In this document: piece by piece, positions 49,478-60,568 of the stretch
How the letters are laid out: every line of letters begins with the position of its first letter
Position numbering within the stretch: the stretch's first letter is position 1
Assembly (NCBI GenBank): GCA_002104905.1
Contig: MCFE01000402.1
Coordinates: 1 to 64,000 of the forward strand
Source of the DNA: Basidiobolus meristosporus CBS 931.73
Lineage: Eukaryota; Fungi; Basidiobolomycota
Direction of reading: 5' to 3'
DNA length: 64,000 nt
The notes under the pieces: generated by a model
Databases searched by the model: none
The model's input: only the letters and a program-made list of their open reading frames with translations
Told to the model about the DNA's origin: nothing
Translations under genes and position numbers: made by a program

Positions 49478-50171
49478 ACTGCAGTGTGCCTCATTCTTTG
49501 CTCTAGTGGTGGATAAGGCCTAGAATGATATGTGAAATGTAACGTTGGTAACAACTACTTTCATAAAGCCTACGACTATAAAGAAGACAATAAAATTCTC
49601 TATTCCACAATATCTTGGTTACATTATACAGCTTTTGATGAGGTCTTAAATATCTAAACAGATTCCACTTTACATCCAATCCAAAGAACATGTTGATTAC
49701 TGTATATAAATATAACGGTCACGCAATAGCAACAGTAATTAATGAGGATGAACAGCTTGAAATCGAGAGATCAACCGTGGTAATACAGTATGTGAAATTC
49801 TCGTGTCATCATCTGCATTCGCAATACAAAAATAAACGGGTTGCTAACGAGGGCGAGAGTAAAACGATTGAAGGACTGGGTAGTATCTAATTAAAATTGG
49901 ATGGCAGATAACGGTGGTGTGAAGTATTCAAATAACTAACGATGGATCGAACTCTATTCCAAATGAGAATACTCGCTATGCTTCCTATTTGCTGCACCAT
50001 ACATCGCGAAGTATAGAGCTATAAATGGGCGAAGAGCAAAATAGAGATATATTAAAGTGAACGAAATGAACTCGAGTCTAAATAAGTAACTAGATGGCGA
50101 TAAAAAACATTAAATCCGCATCCGAAAAATCGTTATTCGACAACAACGCCTAATTACCCAATCGCAAAATA

Positions 50172-50741
50172 ATGATGTTTCTCAAGTCTTCCGTTTTCTC
50201 CTCGTTCCTAATGGTCACTTTAGCTTACGGGGACCGTTCAATATTCTTCAAGCCAGCGACCAGCAACAATGCGGCCATTGCCTCCGTGTCCAACCGCGAA
50301 TTCAACCCATTCCACAACACTGGCCATGGCATCCTCATTCCAAACTACCTGATAAATCGAGAGGTTGAGCTCGCACCAGAAGAAATCCGTCGACGCCACC
50401 TGAATATTGGTGCATTGGTTGATCGCTTACTCTCGCTGAAGACCTTGGGGTTCGCAAACGAGTTTGAGTTCAAGAGGGCGAGATTCATTGACTTGGAGCC
50501 AGCCCATGAATTTGTCACCAAGAACACCGACATGAAGTATGGCACTACAAGTGATGAAGCAGTGAATGACAACTCCGACATTACTTCTGATAATGAGGAT
50601 GAAGATGACGAGGACACCAACCCAGAGGAAGCTGAGCTATGGGGAAGATTTGGTGGTCGTAGACGTTGGGGGCGTGGCAGATGGGGTCGCGGAAGGTGGG
50701 GACGCGGTCGCTGGGGACGTGGAAGATGGGGAAGATGGTAG
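50172..50741 (+). CDS. Array copy 17, A-type precursor (189 aa)
   Basis: Intact; tail WGRFGGRRRW(GRGRW)4GRW. Confidence 0.88.
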   Translation: MMFLKSSVFSSFLMVTLAYGDRSIFFKPATSNNAAIASVSNREFNPFHNTGHGILIPNYLINREVELAPEEIRRRHLNIGALVDRLLSLKTLGFANEFEFKRARFIDLEPAHEFVTKNTDMKYGTTSDEAVNDNSDITSDNEDEDDEDTNPEEAELWGRFGGRRRWGRGRWGRGRWGRGRWGRGRWGRW

Positions 50742-51375
50742 ACTGCAATATGCCGCATTCTTCGCTTCACTTACGGAGATACTTCCTGGGATGGCATCTG
50801 AAAAATACCTCAGTTGTATTTTCAAGTAATGATTGAACCGGTCATGCTAAATAAAGACTTCTCATCTATGCAACAGTTCCTTCATTTTGTTATCTGAATA
50901 TTCTAACAGATGCTCTAGACAAGTTTGGCTACAACAGCATGCCTCAATGTCAATTCCATGTGTATTGGTCAATGCGAAGCCTTCTTCCCCATAATTGCCT
51001 CTGATGTCGTCATGATGAATATGCTATAGCTAAAATGCCGACTTGCGAGTCAGGTACTAGCTATGTATTCTGCAGCTCTCTGGAGTTTCCAGCAGCAGAA
51101 TATTCACTTGCGGTATACAAATTTCCAAGAAATACATTCACTTAGCCGACTATATGTAGTCTACTCAAGCTTGACACCCGATCCATTTATTATTTGTTGT
51201 GTTAGTTACGTCGATGCTCCAAAGGCAATGAGTTTAATAAAGCATGCCTGGATTGGGTGAATTGAATGATAATGAGTCTAACTAAGCAATTCAACCAGAA
51301 TAAAAGCGCATCAAAGAGTCTCCAAAAACTCAGACTTGAGCTCTCCAAAGCAACTACACCTAAAAGTACCCGAAG

Positions 51376-51942
51376 ATGTTTCCTAAAATTGCCATTGTCG
51401 GTTCGCTCTTGATGGCCACCCTGGCCTATGGCGACCATTTTAAGTTCTTCAAGCCAGCGACCAGCAACAATGCGGCCATTACCTCCGTGTCCAACCACGA
51501 ATTCAACCCATTCCACAACACTGGCCATGGCATCCTCATTCCAAACTACCTGATAAATCGAGAGGTTGAGCTCGCACCAGAAGAAATCCGTCGACGCCAC
51601 CTGAATATTGGTGCATTGATTGATCGCTTACTCTCGCTGAAGACCTTGGGGTTCGCAAACGAGTTTGAGTTCAAGAGGGCAAGATTCATTGACTTGGAAC
51701 CAGCCCATGAGTTTGTCACCAAGAACACCGACATGAAGTATGGCACTACAAGTGATGAAGCAGTGAACGACAACTCTGACATGACTTCTGACAATGTGGA
51801 TGAAGATGACGAGGACACCAACCCAGAGGAAGCTGAGCTATGGGGAAGATTTGGTGGTCGTAGACGTTGGGGACGTGGTAGATGGGGTCGTGGACGATGG
51901 GGACGCGGTCGCTGGGGACGTGGTAGATGGGGAAGATGGTAA
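51376..51942 (+). CDS. Array copy 18, A-type precursor (188 aa)
   Basis: Intact ORF. Confidence 0.9.
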   Translation: MFPKIAIVGSLLMATLAYGDHFKFFKPATSNNAAITSVSNHEFNPFHNTGHGILIPNYLINREVELAPEEIRRRHLNIGALIDRLLSLKTLGFANEFEFKRARFIDLEPAHEFVTKNTDMKYGTTSDEAVNDNSDMTSDNVDEDDEDTNPEEAELWGRFGGRRRWGRGRWGRGRWGRGRWGRGRWGRW

Positions 51943-52512
51943 ACTACAGTGAATTTCACAATTTGCTCACAAGTCTGGATCATCACCAAGATTAGGCCTA
52001 ATAAATGCCTAGAGCGATATGTGAAATGTAACATTAGCACTAACCGCTTTAATAAAGCCTACAACAATTGTAAGACACTCAAATTCACTATCCTACCATT
52101 TCATAGCAGTAATATACAGCTTTCAGCAAGACCGCAAATGTTAAAGCAGTATTCACCTGCAGATGACTGCCAAAGAATCACTTATCCCTACTATGCCTAC
52201 TCATTAGGTAGTACTCTGGAGTTTTCTGGTAACAGAATAGCCACTTGCAACATTCAAAGGATCGTGAACTAATTCACTTTGCTGGCTACTTATTAGGCTA
52301 CTCAAGCTTAGTGACCGATCTATATCCTATTTGTTGCGTTTATTATCCCAGCATTTTGATGACGGTGAGTATAATAAACCATATCTGAATTGAGTGAATT
52401 GAATGATAATGAGTCTAACTAAGCAATTCAACCAGAATAAAAGCGCATCAAAGAGTCTCCAAAAACTCAGACTTGAGCTCTCCAAAGCAACTACACCCAA
52501 AAGTACCCGAAG

Positions 52513-53079
52513 ATGTTTCCTAAAATTGCCATTGTCGGTTCGCTCTTGATGGCCACCCTGGCCTATGGTGACCATTTGAAGTTCGTTAAGCCAGCAACCA
52601 GCAACAATGCAGCCATTGCCTCCGTGTCCAACCACGAATTCAACCCATTCCACAACACTGGCCATGGCATCCTCATTCCAAACTACCTGATAAATCGAGA
52701 GGTTGAGCTCGCACCAGAAGAAATCCGTCGACGCCACCTGAATATTGGTGCATTGATTGATCGCTTACTCTCGCTGAAGACCTTGGGGTTCGCAAACGAG
52801 TTTGAGTTCAAGAGGGCGAGATTCATTGACTTGGAGCCAGCCCATGAGTTTGTCACCAAGAACACCGACATGAAGTATGGCACTACAAGTGATGAAGCAG
52901 TGAACGACAACTCTGACATGACTTCTGACAATGTGGATGAAGATGACGAGGACACCAACCCAGAGGAAGCTGAGCTATGGGGAAGATTTGGTGGTCGTAG
53001 ACGTTGGGGACGTGGCAGATGGGGTCGCGGAAGGTGGGGACGCGGTCGCTGGGGACGTGGTAGATGGGGAAGATGGTAG
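52513..53079 (+). CDS. Array copy 19, A-type precursor (188 aa)
   Basis: Intact ORF. Confidence 0.9.
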   Translation: MFPKIAIVGSLLMATLAYGDHLKFVKPATSNNAAIASVSNHEFNPFHNTGHGILIPNYLINREVELAPEEIRRRHLNIGALIDRLLSLKTLGFANEFEFKRARFIDLEPAHEFVTKNTDMKYGTTSDEAVNDNSDMTSDNVDEDDEDTNPEEAELWGRFGGRRRWGRGRWGRGRWGRGRWGRGRWGRW

Positions 53080-53710
53080 ACTGCAATGTGCTTCGTTCTT
53101 TGCCCCAATGGTGCAAACAATTTCTTGGATGGCAGCTAAAGAACGCCTGTGTTATATTTTCAAGCAAAGATTGATCCAGTTGTACTAAATAAAGACTATT
53201 CATCAACGCAACAGTACAATCATTGTTATTTGAAGATTTCAATAAATGTTCTTGATATAAAAGACACCTCAATGGTAACTCGATATACAATATTCAACAT
53301 AAGACCTTTCTCCTTATGAGTACCTTAAATGCTATAGTAATATATATGTGACTACAAAGCCTATCCGTGAAACTACAAAAAATTTACTCTCCCGGTTGTA
53401 CTCCAAGATTTACCAGCAGCTCAACGTTTGCTTGCGACATTTAAATGACTGAGATATCGATGCATTTACCTGATTACTCGTTTGTCTACTCAATCTTGGT
53501 ATTCAATCTATTTCTTACTTCCTGTGCTTACTTTCCCTACGCCTTGAATACGATGAGTATAATAAGGCATATATGAGTTGAGAGAGCTGACTGATAACGA
53601 GTCTAACTAATCAAATCAGTCAGAATAAAAGCACACCAAAGAGTCTCAAAAAATTCAGATTTGAGCTCTCGAAAGCAAGTGCAAGTACCTCAACTGACAA
53701 GTTACTAAGA

Positions 53711-54277
53711 ATGTTTCCTAATATTTCTATTGCCTGCACAATACTGATGGCCACCCTGGCCTATGGCGACCATTTTAAGTTCTTCAAGCCAGCGACCAGC
53801 AACAATGCGGCTATTGCCTCCGTGTCCAACCACGGATTCAACCCATTCCACAACACTGGCCATGGCATCCTCATTCCTAACTACCTGATCAATAGAGAGA
53901 TTGAACTCGCACCAGAAGAAGTCCGCCTGCGTCGCTTGAATATTGGTGCATTGATTGATCGCTTACTCTCGCTGAAGACCTTGGGGTTCCCGGATGAATT
54001 TGAGTTCAAGGGGGTAAGATTCATTGACTTGGAGCCAGCCCATGAGTTTGTCACCAAGAACACCGACATGAAGTATGGCACTACAAGTGACGAGGCAGTG
54101 AATGACAACTCCGACATTACTTCAGATAATGAGGATGAAGATGACGAGGACACCAACCCAGAGGAAGCTGAGCTATGGGGAAGATTTGGCGGTCGTAGAC
54201 GTTGGGGGCGTGGCAGATGGGGTCGCGGAAGGTGGGGACGCGGTCGCTGGGGACGTGGTAGATGGGGGAGATGGTAG
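53711..54277 (+). CDS. Array copy 20, A-type precursor (188 aa)
   Basis: Intact ORF. Confidence 0.9.
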   Translation: MFPNISIACTILMATLAYGDHFKFFKPATSNNAAIASVSNHGFNPFHNTGHGILIPNYLINREIELAPEEVRLRRLNIGALIDRLLSLKTLGFPDEFEFKGVRFIDLEPAHEFVTKNTDMKYGTTSDEAVNDNSDITSDNEDEDDEDTNPEEAELWGRFGGRRRWGRGRWGRGRWGRGRWGRGRWGRW

Positions 54278-55841
54278 ACTACAATGTGCCGCATTCTTAG
54301 CTCCAATGGTGGAAACACTTCGTGGGATAGCAGCCAAAGAACATTTATGCTCTATTTTCAAGTAAAGATTGTACCGGTCACACTAAATAAAGACATCCCA
54401 ATTACGCAATAGTACAATCACTGTTATTTGAATACTTTGGCATATGCTATCGGCATGGCTAGCTATAAAAATGCACACCAATGCTTAGAACACCGCAAGC
54501 CAATGCAGATACAAGATCAGAGCGAAATGGGGATTCTACAGCAATTGAGGAGGAGGAGGCCGATTCTGGGGCAAAGTGCTTACAAAATTCCGCCAAGATT
54601 GACCGTGGCCACAAGTATCGTAGTGTCAGAGGGTATAAACGTGGGCATGGACATAAACACGGGAACAGGACATAGGTAGAGACGCAGACATGAACACAAA
54701 TGCGGGCAACGGTAGGAGTATGAGTATGAGTATAAGTATGAGCTCAGTCAATAATGATAAATCACCTCCCTTATCGTGAGTGAAAGTAAAGCTGAATTTA
54801 TCAACGACCTTCAATTGCCCCACCGGTAAGTACAGCAAATGCAAATGTCGATTTTCACTCTACAATAAACTGCATTCAGCTGTGACCACTCCATTTGTTT
54901 AAAAAGATTGGGAGAAAACAGAATGGAATTGTTGCGAATTGGCTAAATTTCTGGGTGCTGTTTTAAAATGCATCACCGTATGCAACATTGACCAATATAA
55001 TACAGCGTTCCTCAACACAACTCTAAGATATTGACCAACTTTCAAATCCAAAGAGTGCAATAATTATTTTCATTAGTAAACAATATTTGCCGGTGTAAAC
55101 AAGGTAGCTATAGATATTCACGTAGAGATTGTGAAACCACTGGCGAATTCTGCAATAATGGTATTAACATCGCCAACAAAATTTGTTTCCAAACTCCAAG
55201 TGATTATTTGTTGAGACAGAATGGAATATATTTTTCGATTCATATCAATGTTGCAAATTCATTTCATCGAAATGGAATGCTCAAAATACCACAGCACTGT
55301 GGCAAGGGTCTATGTGCGATATGTCGACTCCAATTTATGATTGTTTGAATTGGAGTTATGAGATATAGGATTAGCCAATTCCTCAAATATGAGATGAAAA
55401 ATAGATACAATATACTACTATGTGCATCCTTACAAAGACCGAGTTACCGTAATACAAAAGACTTTTCAACAAGCTTTACAAATATTGATATTGCTTGATG
55501 GGGCGCATAGTATGTGGCCAAAACATTATCCGCACGTCCGATGAATAAGGATCCAAACGGGATCATCATTACTGGGAAAGCATAGCCGACATTCAAATAA
55601 TTGCAAACCCCCTCTACATACCAGAGCTCCTACTGTACTACTCGGCTTAGAGATATAATTCCTGTCGTTTTAGCAAACGAGAAAGTTAAATAAACAATAA
55701 GTGAGGTAGGTCGAAGTATAATAAACTAAGAGTGTAAAAGCCAACTACCAATGAGTCTAAATAAGCGATTCGTTTGAGATAAAAGCGCACAAAGTAACCT
55801 CCAGAAAGTCAGTAGTAAACAGCTCCAACAAATAACCAAAG

Positions 55842-56411
55842 ATGTTTCCTAAACTCTCCTTTGTCTGCTCGCTCTTGATGGCCACCCTGACACATGGTGA
55901 CCATACGAAGTTCTTCAAGCCAGCCGCCAGCAACAGTGCGGCTATTGCTTCCGTGTCCAACCACGAATTCAACCCATTCCATAACACTGGCCATGGCGTC
56001 CTCATTCCTAACTACCTGATCAATAGGGAGATTGAACTCGCACCAGAAGAAGTCCGCCTGCGTCGCTTGAATATTGGTGCATTGATTGATCGCTTACTCT
56101 CGCTGAAGACCTTGGGGTTCCCGGATGAGTCCGAGCTCAAGGGTGCAAGATTCATTAGCTTCGAGCCAACCGGTATATTTGCCACAGGCGAGACTGGCAT
56201 GAAATATGGCACTACCAGTGATGAGGCAGTTGAAGATAACCCCGATATTACCGCTGATGATGAGGATGGGGATGAAGATGCCACTGACCCAGAGGAGGCC
56301 GAGCTATGGAGAAGATTTGGTGGCCGTGGACGTTGGGGACGAGGCAGATGGGGTCGCGGACGGTGGGGACGTGGTAGAAGGGGCAGATGGGGAAGATGGG
56401 GTAGATGGTAG
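55842..56411 (+). CDS. Array copy 21, A-type precursor (189 aa)
   Basis: Intact; tail WRRFGGRGRWGRGRWGRGRWGRGRRGRWGRWGRW. Confidence 0.9.
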   Translation: MFPKLSFVCSLLMATLTHGDHTKFFKPAASNSAAIASVSNHEFNPFHNTGHGVLIPNYLINREIELAPEEVRLRRLNIGALIDRLLSLKTLGFPDESELKGARFISFEPTGIFATGETGMKYGTTSDEAVEDNPDITADDEDGDEDATDPEEAELWRRFGGRGRWGRGRWGRGRWGRGRRGRWGRWGRW

Positions 56412-57406
56412 GTTTTGGTAAAGAGGCACTGCTGCGAACTTGGCCAATATAAAAGTAGGGCTGACAAAGGAGCATTATAGTTCCCTATAAACAGTATCGA
56501 TGTATTCTATGGCCGAATTCGTTCCATACCTTCTGAATAAATGTGCTTGCCGCAAATATAGGCAGTGTAACAATCATATTTCATGGATTTTCCATTTCTC
56601 AGTAGCAGATATGGGCGTACGCATCATTTTGGCAATGACAAGGTAGCTCAACTTCCAACTGGTGATGAAGAAGCTTGATTGAAAGTTAAGCAATATGTTG
56701 AGTCTCCTGTCAACAGCAATGAAGCTACAGGTGATAACACTGGTAGTACTAGATAACCTTCAATATACTGTGTTCTGCTCCACTTGTAAGAAGGGATGGA
56801 TGTGATAGGCTCTGGCGGGCTTGACAGGAGAGCAATTCAAACGTATATCAAGCGTCAGCCATATCGTCACGAAGCGGTCAGATGAAAGAGTGACTATGTT
56901 TCTAAATGGCTCAATTTATGAATGTTGTTTCAAAATGTATCACCGTATAAGATTCTAAGAGATTGAAAAGTTTCCAAACCCAAGGAGTGCTAAGGTTACT
57001 ATTACCGTATAGGGTACAAAACAAAGACCCTTGGTTGTGACAATGGGATTACTCCACCTCTTGTTTCTTATACGACCCACTTCGAAAGTAAAATAAACAA
57101 CAGTGTGAGGATCCATACTACACCATCGATCTCCTTCAGAGTGCGATAAAGCATTGAACAACGGAGCGACAGTGTTGGTCAAGCATACATTTTCAATCGC
57201 CAATGGGCATTATTGATGGCATAGTTGATATTTTCGGTTATTTCACACGAGTGCTCATTGCAGTATGGAGCACGGTACTTTATTCAATCTACAAAAGTCT
57301 ATTTTACAGAAGAGAGGCTAGATAGATTGATGGAGTTGAAAGAAACAACTATAAAAGAGCAAGCCACTTGCACTCTGGCTAATCAGTAAATCAGTCCTCT
57401 TCGAAT

Positions 57407-57961
57407 ATGCTTCATAAATTCACCATCGTTTGCGCTCTCTTAATGGCCACCATGGCTTATGGCGACCACCTTCAACCTGTTAACCCAGCTGTTGGGAGTA
57501 GCGTGGTTAGTGCCGTGGCATCATCCCGTACGGACTCTAGCCCATTTCTCTACAAAGGGAGATATTTCGAGCTAGATAACATGCTCGAAATCACGCCTGA
57601 GGAAGCCCAATTGCGCCGCCTGAAAATGAAAAAAATCCAGAAAAGTAAGCACATCGTCAAACACAAGAAAAAGAAGTACAAAGGCATCACCCGCTTTGCT
57701 CGCCCGGATGAGCCGATGACTGAGGACATTGGGCCTGAAATGGGTGTCTTCAACGACGAGGCTGCTGATGACGATGCTGACAACGACGACAATGCAGAGG
57801 AGACCGAACTCTGGCGCAGATTTGGCCGATTTGGAAGATTTGGTCACTTTCGCCCATACAGAAGATTTGGCCCTTTCCGCAGATATGGTCGATTCAGAAG
57901 ATTTGGGCCTTTCCGAAGATTTGGACCCTTTAGACGTTACGGTAGATTTTATCGCTGGTAA
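57407..57961 (+). CDS. Array copy 22, divergent C-type precursor with Arg/Phe/Tyr hexamer tail (184 aa)
   Basis: MLHKFTIVCALLMATMAYG-DH signal, ITPEEAQLRRLK, Lys-rich tract, acidic spacer, AEETEL, then the 49-aa tail WRRFGRFGRFGHFRPYRRFGPFRRYGRFRRFGPFRRFGPFRRYGRFYRW. Confidence 0.88.
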   Translation: MLHKFTIVCALLMATMAYGDHLQPVNPAVGSSVVSAVASSRTDSSPFLYKGRYFELDNMLEITPEEAQLRRLKMKKIQKSKHIVKHKKKKYKGITRFARPDEPMTEDIGPEMGVFNDEAADDDADNDDNAEETELWRRFGRFGRFGHFRPYRRFGPFRRYGRFRRFGPFRRFGPFRRYGRFYRW

Positions 57962-58236
57962 CTGAGATTGTTGGTGAATGTATGGAGGTTTCGACGAATG
58001 GCACTGGCCTTTGCCCAAGATTCTTCCAATAAATGATATCAAATATCCATACATCACTATTGGCTGATTCTTATATGAATGCCCGCTGCTGAGGTGGGTT
58101 AGTGGGATGTCCTTGGCTGTACCGCTCGCACTATGCTGTCCCCAACTGGGTGCAATGGGTTTCATATTATGTACTAGAAGACACATTTCATCTGCAACAA
58201 GCATAGATCTGGCAACAGATAGTTTATAAAAGCGTG

Positions 58237-60568
58237 TTATGAAATCAATCGAGTTGAGGTCAGAGCAAATGTATACAATGGAATGATGAGGTTATCATTT
58301 TGCAACGAAACAGCTTCTAGCAGGCCTAACAAACCATGTTTCAGTATCCACCAACACATAAGGATTCATTCGAAAGCACTAACCTGTCACACAGATCACG
58401 GTGAAATATCTCCACGTCTATAGCAAGAAATTGACTTAGAATCACGACTCCAGTATCTCTCGATGACAAGAACATGGTCCACTCACCTCCCACATCGAAA
58501 GAGCTGCGGATCCGCTCAGCACGCCGATTACCAACGACCCAGCAAGCATCGATGCAATAAAAGCGGCGGTCCCTTCAACAGTTTTTGAGGTCCCAGGCCA
58601 GTGGGTCTTACCGAAGCGCTTTCCCACTATGGAGGCCTTGATGCTCAGTTAGCGAAAACCATTTACCATCAACGAACAACAATGAAGTGTATACCATGGC
58701 ATCGCCCAAGCCTAGAGTAAAGATACCAGAGAGATTGGCCACCGCGAAATGGCTATGACGTCCAAAATATTTTAGAACGCTACCGAATTCAAAGACTCTC
58801 TCGGCCGCTTACCCATTGAGCCAGATAGGAACAGCACACCCTAGCAGTAGATACATGTGGGATAGAATCACCGGTCCTGAATCACGATGATCCAGAAAAG
58901 TCACCAGGAACCCATGCAAAGTTCGACCAAACGGTGGGATGGTGAAAGACCTCAAATACTCAACATATATGATGCCGCATAAAGCAACGGTGAATGCCAG
59001 ATGCATGAATGATTTCTTGAGGGCAAATATCGATCAGCAAAGGCGATAGAAGAATAGCAGCATGGGACGTACCTCGTATATATAGCCAGGTACAAACATC
59101 AAAATCGCCAGTCCATGAAAGTATTTCCGCTTCAAATTGAGTCCAGCAGAAGTGGTGGTGCTATAAGTGAATTGGGCAATAAGCGCCAACGCTATCGCAA
59201 GGATCGAAACCCAGTAAAGGCAGAGCCCAAGGTGACTCCACTTCGAGAAGAGGAACGAGAGAACCCTGATCACATGCAAGGGTGAGGACTACATTTTCCC
59301 ACACCGTAGAGACCAATTATCTTACCAAAATATGGCGTTCTGGCCCAGGGCTAGAGAAATCCAGGGTACGATTGCTGCTAGAACCACAGCCACAGTGCCG
59401 AGGTAGAAAACGACTGAACTGATTAACACTTGCCAGTCTCTGGCTTCATCCTCAGGTATATTACTATTCTTGCGCAAAATATATAAGCATGGCGATAAGA
59501 CCAGGCCCAGAAAAGTCATCCCTAGCAGTAGCCCCTGTAGCCATATGTAGAAAGGATCCCGCTCGGCGTTCACAAAATCAGGAAGATACCAAAGGTCGAA
59601 CTAGAAATATGAAAGCCGGGTGAATAAGCCTGGCTTCAACGCTGGCCAGTTTCAGGAGACAAGATGTACCTTTTTGACAGCCATGTGTAGCGCATCCAAA
59701 AATATCAAGGACATGCCTTGAGATACTACAGCCATCTCTCCAAAAGTAAAGCTTCTACGTAAAACGCTAGTAATCAAATACATCGACGCCTGGTAAGCAC
59801 AAATAGAGATAAAAATATGCATTGTGGAGAATGCTAAAACATTACTGGTTTAGTCTCTAAGTCAAACACTTCAATGACGCACTTGGATCCCTACCTCGCA
59901 AGTGGGGGAATATTTCCTTGGCACAAAATGCTGTAGCTAGCAACCCGGAAGAGAGAACCCCAAAACTCAGATTCTTCTGGTGAATGAACCCTGTAAGGCT
60001 ATGTACCAAAACTGTATAGCCAAAAACAATGCTCAATTCCAAGAGTGCGATGTGATATTCTGCATTAAAGAAAACTTGGTCATTCCCACATCAAAATACA
60101 CAAACAAAAGCGAAAATCCACCTAAAGGAGTGCTTGAACGGTGTCCAGCTGAGTGCATGTCCAAAATCTTTGCAACCAATACAAAAGGCACTAATAGGCA
60201 GCCATACAAAAATCCATCGTCAGCTCGAGGACTAGTGAGGGGCAGGAACGGATCTGTTAGCGGTTTAAATAGACACATTTAGGACGGAAGCACATACCGA
60301 TACCACGTGCTCTGCGTCCTCCACAGCTTTAGTTGGCCCAACTCAGCTACCTGAGTGACTGACCAAGCCAATATTGATAGCAATGCTAATGCTGATATAT
60401 TGAACTCAGAACTTAATACATTAGACCGACAAGAATTTTGGGTTAGAGACACTCACCAATACATAAGTCTATGGTTAGGAACTGATATGCTTTACATAGC
60501 ACGTAAAGCACAGAGACAATGATTATGAAATGTTCAGCAGGCAAAGAACTGAAACCTTTCCGATCCAT
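58237..60568 (-). CDS. SEC59: Dolichol kinase; multi-exon, start approximate
   Basis: LNLKRKYFHGLAILMFVPG, LDHRDSGPVILSHMYLLLGCAVPIWL, GKRFGKTHWPGTSKTVEGTAAF, LLEAVSLQNDNLIIPL. Confidence 0.88.

Larger units (their letters stand above)
30901..57961 (+). repeat. Tandem array of 22 paralogous secreted Arg/Trp/Gly-peptide precursor genes, ~1.1-1.3 kb period in the core
   Basis: All copies are on the + strand and intronless. They share the consensus LLMATLAYG-DH, PEE(A/I/V), an acidic spacer, EEAEL-W and a cationic aromatic tail; spacers are also related between copies. Confidence 0.97.

Noticed and set aside
31385-52737. Spacer ORFs present twice (31385-31708 and 51949-52272; 31763-32173 and 52327-52737; 32838-33035 and 51063-51260)
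   Set aside because: They are conserved only because the spacers were recently duplicated, or they are antisense to the genes. No recognisable protein features.
32119-56467. Many minus-strand ORFs with (PHLPR/PQRPR)n and poly-Ser, and alternative-frame + strand ORFs (MRAMSMLL..., GDVADG repeats)
   Set aside because: They are shadows of the G/R/W and acidic codons of the real genes. They have no independent starts or signals, and their ends vary between copies.
30901-57961. CRISPR-like or satellite interpretation of the periodic region
   Set aside because: The units are 1.1-1.3 kb protein-coding genes with promoters and AATAAA signals, in a eukaryote.
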